From positions 115,630,001-115,694,000 of the forward strand of contig OX597822.1 in the NCBI GenBank assembly GCA_951406725.2: a DNA stretch of 64,000 nt. The letters are read 5' to 3'. The notes under the pieces are model-generated. The model searched no databases and was not told the DNA's origin. It saw only the letters and a program-made list of their open reading frames with translations. This document shows positions 54,760 to 64,000 of this stretch, piece by piece (position 1 is the stretch's first letter; each line of letters opens with the position of its first letter). Position numbers and translations under genes: made by a program. This DNA is from Octopus vulgaris. Lineage: Eukaryota.

Positions 54760-55340
54760 CTGGCAGAGAAGGTGGCTACAATGCGTCGGCGGAGGAGACT
54801 GGGCTGAGGAGGTTGCACATAGGTATCGTATGGGAGGGAACAGGACCCTGTTTGGGACAGAAATGTTGATTCTGATGTCACCAGGAAGAGTATCAGGACG
54901 GTGGTCGGGCGCTGTGACAGAAGTCAACCTGTTGAACCCTTTCACCGTGTGTGCATGAGTCGGGAGTGATTCGGGTGGAGAAAAACTGCAAGAGGCTCGC
55001 AATTGGTGCGACGCACTGCTAGGGAGGATCTGCTTTCGGACAGAAAATTTATTCTGATGTCACCTGGAAGAACATCCAGAAGGTGGTGGGAAGATGTGAC
55101 AGAAGTCAATCCGTTGACCCATGCACCGTGTGTGAATGAGACGGAAATGATTCGGGTGGAGAAAAACTGCAAGAGGCTAGCAATTAACGTGACGCACTAC
55201 TAGGGAAGATTGTACCCCTCGATGATCGACCATGGACCAGGGATGATGGCGATATGGAGAGAAATCAAGATTGGAGCTACAACAGAAATAATATCGTACA
55301 AGATGCACTACATCTGGAAGAAAAAGAAAAACATGGATTT
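54760..55340 (+). mobile_element. Decayed Gypsy-type LTR retrotransposon integrase fragment with internal duplication
   Basis: HHCC-like H..RMG..RT..VDSDVTRKSIRTVVGRCD.SQ and APCV.E...IRVEKNCKRLAI.VTHY..LYPSMIDHGPG..AIWREI across frameshifts. Confidence 0.65.
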
Positions 55341-55955
55341 TTATTTTTATTTTGTCTGGAGGAAAGGTTGTACCCACGACATTTTACAAAGCCTCTGAGG
55401 CTGGTGGAAAGGAGCGAAGAAGGTGACCGTTGGATGAGCTAATGAACGAAAAACAGCTCTGCATTTTGTTCAAGACTGCTGGCGGAAACGTTCGATAGGA
55501 AAAACGTCACATGCCTTTCCAGAGCTAAATAGAGGCCGAATGGAAACGGGGATGTTGAAACGGGGAGTATCACATTACACAACGCCATATCTTGTTGATG
55601 CAGTCTGTTGATACAACAAGTCATCCAGAACAAGACAAGCTGGGGTCGGGGGGTGCGGTGTTTAGATATGAATAGAGGCAGCCGAGCGAAGTACTCTCAA
55701 CGTCTCAAGCGGAAGGACCTGCGTCCGTTCAGTTTGGCGAAAAGGCTTGGGTGTAGCGACGTAATGCACAAAGCACGACTCAGTGGAGTAGAGTTAGGGT
55801 AAGCGAAATCATCGCAGAGCGACGTGAAAGGAAGTGTTTTGCTCATAAAAACAGCGCACCGCCTCGTCTGGTGATCGAAACCAGGATGTTGCGATCGTGA
55901 GTGAAACATCTAATCGCGTGGCCACACGCCCTCACAAAGATATGTATGTATGTGC

Positions 55956-55990
<35 letters not shown>

Positions 55991-56168
55991 CATACACACA
56001 CACACACAGACACACACACACACACAGATCAGAGAAGGAATCGGTAGGTAAGGTAGTAAGAGATAGGTAGAGGTAGGTGTACAACTGCATGTTTGTGATT
56101 GTATTACTAAACCGGAAGGCAAGGAGACTCAGTGCATAGGACAGGAAGCAGACAATATTTTATCGGTG

Positions 56169-56257
<89 letters not shown>

Positions 56258-56418
56258 ATGTGTGTGCGTATGTGTGTGCGTATGTGTATGTTCATGTGTG
56301 AGTCTGTGTGTGTATGTGTGTGTGTGTGTGCGTGTTTGTGTGTGTGTGTGTGTGTGTGTGCGTGTTTGTGTGTGTGTGTGTGTGCGTGTTTGTGTATGTG
56401 TGTGTGTGTGCGCGTGTT

Positions 56419-56449
<31 letters not shown>

Positions 56450-57043
56450 GTGTGTGTTTCTAAATGTAGTTTCCGTAGGGCTCGGGCTGATACGTCAGAT
56501 TGACGTGATAAAAGCGAAAATGTAGTTTGGAGAAAGATAGTCAGATGTGGAGACAGACAGAGACAAAGACAGAGAGAGAAGGGGAGAGAAAGAGAGAGAG
56601 AGAGAGGGTGGAAATGAGCGATAGAAGACTGTGTGTGTGTCTATGCATTATTTTATGCGTACGCATGTGTGTGTGTGTGTGTGATAGTATGAGTTGGTAT
56701 TAGAACTAGAAGCATTGGGCGACGTTATTTTATAACAAACATACGTAGAATGAGAGGAGGAGGGGAACTGCGAGCATGTTTGCGTGTGTGTGTGTATGAG
56801 TGTGTGTGTGTGTGTGTGCGTGTGTGTGGGTGTGTGTGTGTGTGTGTGCATGTGCAAGAAAGGGAGATAGAGAGGGAGGCAACTATAATTCCCTTTTCTG
56901 TTTTGCTCTGACTGCACCCCTCGCCCCCCCCTCTTCTTTGCTTATCACTCTCTCTGTCATTAACTTGTTATGCATACATCCACCATTTAATGACCGCACC
57001 CGCTTAATCACGCAACAATACACAGTCACACATTTACACGCAC

Positions 57044-57075
<32 letters not shown>

Positions 57076-57234
57076 GAATGCACGCACGCATGAACACACG
57101 CCACAGATATACACACACGTACTCACACACACACACACACACACATCGGCGCGCACGCCACACATCTCATCGTGGCAGATAAATAGATATGTAAGCAATC
57201 ACATACGCACGAGCACGTCACGGATCGCAGCATG

Positions 57235-57317
<83 letters not shown>

Positions 57318-57383
57318 CACAAACATTGATAATACCCTCATAATAATAAATAATAATATCTCAACCTTCCCCCCACTTATATA

Positions 57384-57417
<34 letters not shown>

Positions 57418-57428
57418 CATATATATAC

Positions 57429-57467
<39 letters not shown>

Positions 57468-57491
57468 CGTGCAGACAAACAGACAGATATT

Positions 57492-57696
<205 letters not shown>

Positions 57697-58024
57697 CACT
57701 CCCGAAGAGAAATGTAATAAGATCGAAACACGTCTGCTGCTTTAATTAGCCGGTTTTAAAGACCAAATTTATTCCAGTCTAAAATGTTTGAATTGTTTAA
57801 AAATGTTTCAGTCAACTGGCCCAACAGGATTTATCTCCCTTACTTGTTTTCAGATTTTAAGTGCTCCTCGAAGGATTCTTTATCTACTAATTATTTGAAT
57901 AAACTTAAACAGATTTTCTGCTCTCAACGGAACGTAAGTGATACCCTGCGGCATTTGTATTGTACTACTGCCAATAAACACAACACTGTCCTATGCACTA
58001 AATACGATACGAAATATACATACC

Positions 58025-58357
<333 letters not shown>

Positions 58358-58465
58358 CATATATATGCATATACATATGTATGTATATATGTATGTATGT
58401 ATGTATCTATGTATGAAAACAGTTTGCAATGGAGAGACAACCAATCTTGTATGTGTGTGTGTGTT

Positions 58466-58533
<68 letters not shown>

Positions 58534-59079
58534 TGTGTGCGTGTGTGTGTCAAATCAAATACACAACCGAAAGAGCTACTAATAGTTTCATGCTATTATG
58601 ATACTTGAACTGGCATATTCATAAAATACGCCACGTATCTTAAAGCAATCTTTCAGGCTCTGTTTATGCATTATATATAATTAAAAAAAAAAACAACGGT
58701 GCTGGTCAGTAACTAAATAAGAATAAACGTGGGAAAAGCGTGGAGAAAGTTGGTGCAAAAAATGGAGCGAGAAAAAGAAACGAAATCAGGGATTACGGTC
58801 CTCGTCTGCCCTGATTGCAAAGAAGTTCATTAAGTACAACCGGTTTGAACTTGTGCATGTATCTACGATTGCTAAAAATTTCAGATCTCGAATTAAGTTG
58901 TGTCAGAATTGCTGGATCAAAGAAGAATATGGCTTGGATTTGTAATTCCTTCTATAGAACCCAAACTGACAGCAAGTGGAACACATCGTGGTCCTTCGAC
59001 CTGTCAAAAGTTCTAGCCAAATTTCTTTTAAAATACAATCTACTGCCTTTAAAAAATAAAAAAGGAAACGAGGGGCTTT

Positions 59080-59205
59080 TAATTTCCGTCTACCAAATAC
59101 TCTCACAAGGCTTTGGTCGGCACGAGGCTATAGTAGATGTTACACAGTGGGGTCGAACCCGTGGTTGAAAAGCAAGCTTATTACCACATGGTCACGCCGG
59201 TGCCT
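59080..59205 (-). mobile_element. S3 SINE head fragment
   Basis: Matches the reverse complement of 18637-18790. Confidence 0.7.
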
Positions 59206-59279
59206 GCCTCCACAGTCAAAGATTCTACTAGCCCACCGTCACAACAATAACGCTTTCTTATGTTTGACATAACAATCCT

Positions 59280-59488
59280 TTCTTATTTGGGCACAAGGCC
59301 AGCAATTTTGAGGAGTAGAAGAGTCGATTACATCGACCCCAGTGCCCAAATGGTACTTTATTTCGTCGACGTTGAAAGGAGGAAATGCAAAGTAGACCCG
59401 GGCGGAAGTTGAACTCAGAAAATAAAGATGGACGAAATGCCGTTAAACATTTTGCCTAGCGCGCTAAAGATTCTACCAAGCTCACTGC
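59280..59488 (-). mobile_element. S4 SINE
   Basis: Matches the reverse complement of 20592-20803. Confidence 0.8.
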
Positions 59489-59564
59489 CTTTCCACTGAG
59501 CGATAGTATACAACACGGCAATACTACACCGCGCTACACCACACCACCTACCGATACTATAAAC

Positions 59565-59811
59565 CAGGGATGGGCAACTTTTCGTCAACTGGGGGCCGCA
59601 TCGCACCATTTCCAAGTGGGAGAGGGCCGCACGATAAAAGTCATAGGCATGAAATATTACTCACCCACTTCACGCTGAATGTTTTGCAGTTCTTCTTAAT
59701 TTCATTTGTCTTATTACGAAAGTTTATTTGTCATAGAATGAAATTAGTAATCTAGAAACTCGTTGAGGGCCGCACAGCAACATGTCGAGGGCCGCAGGTT
59801 GCGCATGCATG
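59565..59811. mobile_element. hAT MITE
   Basis: CAGGGATGGGCAAC / GTTGCGCATGCATG ends, subterminal GGGCCGCA repeats, 8-bp TSD CTATAAAC/CTATAGAC. Confidence 0.8.
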
Positions 59812-60151
59812 CTATAGACCATACTACTTCTTCACACAGCAATACCACATCAAACTGCGCCACCCACCAATTCACAGGCCGACATTATACCACATACATG
59901 AGTGATAAGACAGACTCACTGTGCATTGTATTGCATATCATGTATCACATACACACACGTACACACACACATATGCACGCACGAACGCACACACATGTAC
60001 ACATGCATGCTCACATACACACACATATACACACGCACAAGCTCAAATGCTTACACACGCACAAGCTCATGGACAAATACATCTTCAGACACATAAAAGC
60101 TTTGCATGTCACTGTATGCGTACGTATATAATACATTTCTCTCTCTCTATT

Positions 60152-60195
<44 letters not shown>

Positions 60196-61224
60196 ATCCT
60201 CTCTCCTTCCAACCTCTCTCTCTCTCTCTCACCTTGTTTCTCGCCGTCTCTCTTACCACACACTGCACGCCACCTACCGCATCATGTACCACACACCACA
60301 CGCCACCTACCGCACTACACATCACACACTACCCGCCGCCGCCCACCAGAACCTCACACTACACCGAGTACCACCGTACCACACAGCATAACATACACCA
60401 CTATGCATAGCACCTAAAACCACACACACACGCACGCACGCACATACGAGCACACAGGCGTCCACCTACACGCAATTACCCGCTCAAATACCCACATACA
60501 TACCTACATACAAAACGTATGCGTGAACATTAGAGCGTACGTCAGAGCTCACCCCCACATAAACAGCAAAGAACACACATACACACACACACACACACAC
60601 ACATACATACATACATACATACATACACACACACATACATACATAAACGCGCACACACTCCAATTACTATCAACACCGCCGCAATCACGTCACCAGTACC
60701 CCCACCATCACCACTTACGCCACCACCGCCTCCACCACCACCGGCCATCCCTGCTGGCAGAGAAAGCAAAAGACTATTGTCTGTAACCAATGTATCGTTA
60801 GTTCACCGACTTACCGAATTCCCCTCACAAAACCTCTACTCTTTCACTTGATAAATCCTGCTCTTATATTTACTCGAACCACACTAATACAGAAATCACT
60901 GAAGCGTAACATCTGGCCATGCCTCAACAACTCAGATCGCTACTTATGTACATATCTAATTTTAATATTAAACACGTTACATAGGTGGTTTAGCAGAACT
61001 GTTAGAGCACCAGAACAGAACAAAATACATAGTAGTATTTAGTTACGGGCTTCTGCGTTTTGAGTTCAAATCATACTGAGTTCAAAAAATGTTCTTTCAT
61101 CCTTCCAAGGTGAGCGCTCGATTGAAGTCGGGAATTACTCAATCGACTTTACCCAACCTCCAAATTCGTGATGGTGTGTCAGTTAGAAATCATTTACACA
61201 TGTATACCTACATACACACACACG

Positions 61225-61420
61225 TTTTGTTTGTCTTAGTCATTGGATTGCGACCATGCTGGGACACCACCTTGACGATTGTGGTTGAACAAATCGATGC
61301 AGTACTTAATTTTTTTTTTCTGTTAATCAGTTGGTTACTTGTGTCGAACGACTAAATTACAGGAACGTAAGCAAATAAACACCGGTTGTCAGGCGGTGTC
61401 GGGTGACAAACACACAAACA
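61225..61420 (-). mobile_element. Old S3 SINE, 3' half
   Basis: Diverged match to 18850-19040. Confidence 0.6.
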
Positions 61421-61435
61421 CGCATATATGTATGT

Positions 61436-61494
<59 letters not shown>

Positions 61495-61873
61495 CCGGTG
61501 TTGTTCAAACGATGAATAGTTTGCGTGAACTATTGGTTCGTTTTGTTCTCTTTATTATCATCTTATAATCATCTCATAATAATGACTTTTATGACTCTTA
61601 TTACTACCTCAGTCAATCTAAATGTATATATTTGTCACTACCTGTCATAAATAACCTTTTTCTATTTGCAATATGCATTTTCGTTGATTTTTCATATTTT
61701 ACCCTTACATTTCCACGTGTAATTTATATTTTCTTTTCGTAACATATTTCTATTATATATATATATATATATATAGGATCTGCTCAGATTTTTGAATAAA
61801 TTTTTTCCGTATATACATACATATATGTATATATAGGTATATATATATATAAGTGTGTGTGTGTGTATGTATA

Positions 61874-61933
<60 letters not shown>

Positions 61934-62063
61934 AATATACATATATATATATGTATATATATATATACACACACATTTTTTTCTCTCCTTGTTTCTGTGT
62001 ATGTGTATGTATGTATGTAAGTATGTATGTATATCTGTCTGTATGCATGTGTGTGTGTGTGTG

Positions 62064-62094
<31 letters not shown>

Positions 62095-62189
62095 GTGTAT
62101 GTATGTATGTAAGTATGTATATATGTATTCATGTATAACTTCCTTTTATAAGAAAAGTAATCGATATATTTTGTAGATCGAGCGTTCTT

Positions 62190-62392
62190 TACCCAAGGCC
62201 AGCAATGTCGGTGGCGTGAGTAGGTCGATTACATCGACCCCAGTGATCACGTGGTATTTATTTTATAGACCTCGAAAGGCCCTTTGGCGACAAAATCGAC
62301 CTTGGCGGAATTTCACCTCAGAAGATAAAGACGGACGAAATGCCGCTAAGCATTTCGTCCGGCGTGCTAACGATTTTGCCAGTTCACCGCCC
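62190..62392 (-). mobile_element. S4 SINE
   Basis: Matches the reverse complement of 20592-20803. Confidence 0.8.
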
Positions 62393-62665
62393 TCAACGCA
62401 TTTAATAATGGTGTACGCTAGTTTCCCAGCAAGAACGACAGCGATAGAAACTCGTACGACCATTACTAAAGGAAGGAGTTGGAAGCCACACACTTTCCTT
62501 TTGTTTTGGTAATTAATTATGACAGCGTCATTCTGCTTGTCTGACATCTTTCTCGATTTTCATGTCTATTTACTCATTTTCATCGCCAAAAAATACAGAG
62601 TCAGCATCAACCGAATTATTCATTCACTTTTAATCGGTGTGTCAATTTGTCATTATTGTATAAGA

Positions 62666-62950
62666 TAGTTAGTTAGTTAATTTGGCTCAAAAGCAAATAG
62701 CAAGGCCATGTAGGGGGACATGGAGTTAAGTACAGGGTGGTGTTCATGTAAAGAGTTCAGGCCACTTGAGGTCCAGGGAGGCTTTGAACAAAGCGGTCGT
62801 CGGCATCTTCACCATTTCGTCTGGCAGCTTGTTCCACGGATCCGCAACCCGGACGGAGAAAGCTCCTCTCCTTCGATTGAGATGAAATCGTCGCAGGTAG
62901 AGCTTTTCGGAATGACCCCGCAGCCGATAGTGTGGACAACAGTTTCTCAT
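62666..62950 (-). mobile_element. CR1-group LINE 3' end
   Basis: LRGHSEKL...RRGAFSVRVADPWNKLP...FKASLD..W C-terminus, short UTR and (TAAC)n tail. Confidence 0.8.
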
Positions 62951-63697
62951 CAAAACTTTTGTCACCTTTTGACGCTTGATAATTTCCTTTATTTTATCGT
63001 TCACCCATATCCCCCCCACACACACACACACACAAAATGTCGTCTATCCAAGTGTTTTCTGTCAATAAAAATGTCTGATTTGGCTTTACCTGTGTAACTG
63101 ACCAAGATGCAACTAAAAAAGGCATAATTTGCAATCTGATATTGAGTATTGGAAATTTGAGAACATCAGAACAGAGAAAATCTCAAAAACTTAGCATTTG
63201 ACTTTATGTAAATGTATACACTTTCCCAAAGTATAGCTTTAAACTACATCCGTTAGAGGGATCCTGGTTTGGGAATTCTAAAGCTTTTCAAAGTGTGGAA
63301 TCACGTCTTAGCCGTTATTGTTCCCAGGTCTAATCAGGCCCGGTGTGGTAGTACCTACCAGTTATGGGCTAATTAAGATATCACAGAATTGTCTCCAAAA
63401 CAAGTTCTTTACCCAAGGCCAGCAATGTCGGTGGCGGGAGTAGGTCGATTACATCGACCCCTTAATTTCGTTGTCTCTCTTTCTCTCCTTCTCTTTTCTT
63501 TCTCTCCCTCTTTCTCTCTTTCCTCTTTCCTCTCTCTCTCTCTCTGTCTCCGCCATAGCCCTCACCTTCTCTATGCTTACTGTTACTCTTTCCCCATCAT
63601 GAGGAATAGTATGAGTATCATTGAATAATGAGAGGGGGTCTAAGTGTTACACACTGACACACAGAAATAAGTTTTCGCATTTGTTATATTAAATGTG

Positions 63698-63754
<57 letters not shown>

Positions 63755-63769
63755 ATGCATGTATACACA

Positions 63770-64000
63770 CACAAGAGGCCTGGGCCTGGTCAATAAATAT
63801 CCGGACTGTTGCTATAGTAACGAAGGTAAATCATGCAGAATGAAGCCACTAGGCACAGATTGACCTTGAACTCTGCTGTGCATGCGCACTAAGTTTTAAC
63901 GTTCTAGGTCATTTCCGTTGTTTATAGCAGTGATTGGAGGGAAGGTGTGTAGTGTGTGATCGTCGCATTGACCATGACAGAGAAAGTTGTTATAGCGATA
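63770..64000 (+). mobile_element. Mariner-like transposon, left end
   Basis: TIR-like GG..TGGTCAATAAATATCCGGACTG and a putative transposase start ATGACAGAGAAAGTT near the window end. Confidence 0.5.

Noticed and set aside
63305-63390. 5S rRNA-like words (GGGCCTGATTAG, CCTGGGAA; related segment 53330-53380)
   Set aside because: Only short matches with the wrong spacing; more likely an unrelated repeat

Overview
AT-rich eukaryotic intergenic or intronic DNA, most likely octopus or another coleoid cephalopod (inferred from the SINE types, the R4/Dong load and the microsatellite density). I cannot support any intact host gene, and nearly all ORF-track calls are microsatellite translations or antisense shadows. 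The dominant signal is about 20 5'-truncated copies of restriction-like-endonuclease (RLE) non-LTR retrotransposons of R4/Dong type. They belong to roughly 7-8 distinct families and are stacked head-to-tail inside (TAA)n tracts in four clusters (~12.2-14.6, 20.0-26.7, 28.1-30.6 and 37.8-47.3 kb). Travelling with them is a ~555-bp non-coding element ('element D', 5 copies) with fixed ends, no ORF and no tRNA head, always in (TAA)n-type sequence in the same polarity as the LINEs. It is the best candidate here for an undescribed non-autonomous partner RNA. A tRNA-derived SINE with an (ATT)n tail sits antiparallel to the LINEs in most clusters and may seed their target sites. The rest is CORE-type SINEs, Penelope-like termini with hammerhead-like motifs, a decayed Chapaev3-like transposon, Helitron/hAT/Tc1-mariner MITEs, a Gypsy integrase relic and a CR1-like 3' end. 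Family letters (A-I, D) are my own labels, and boundaries were read by eye.
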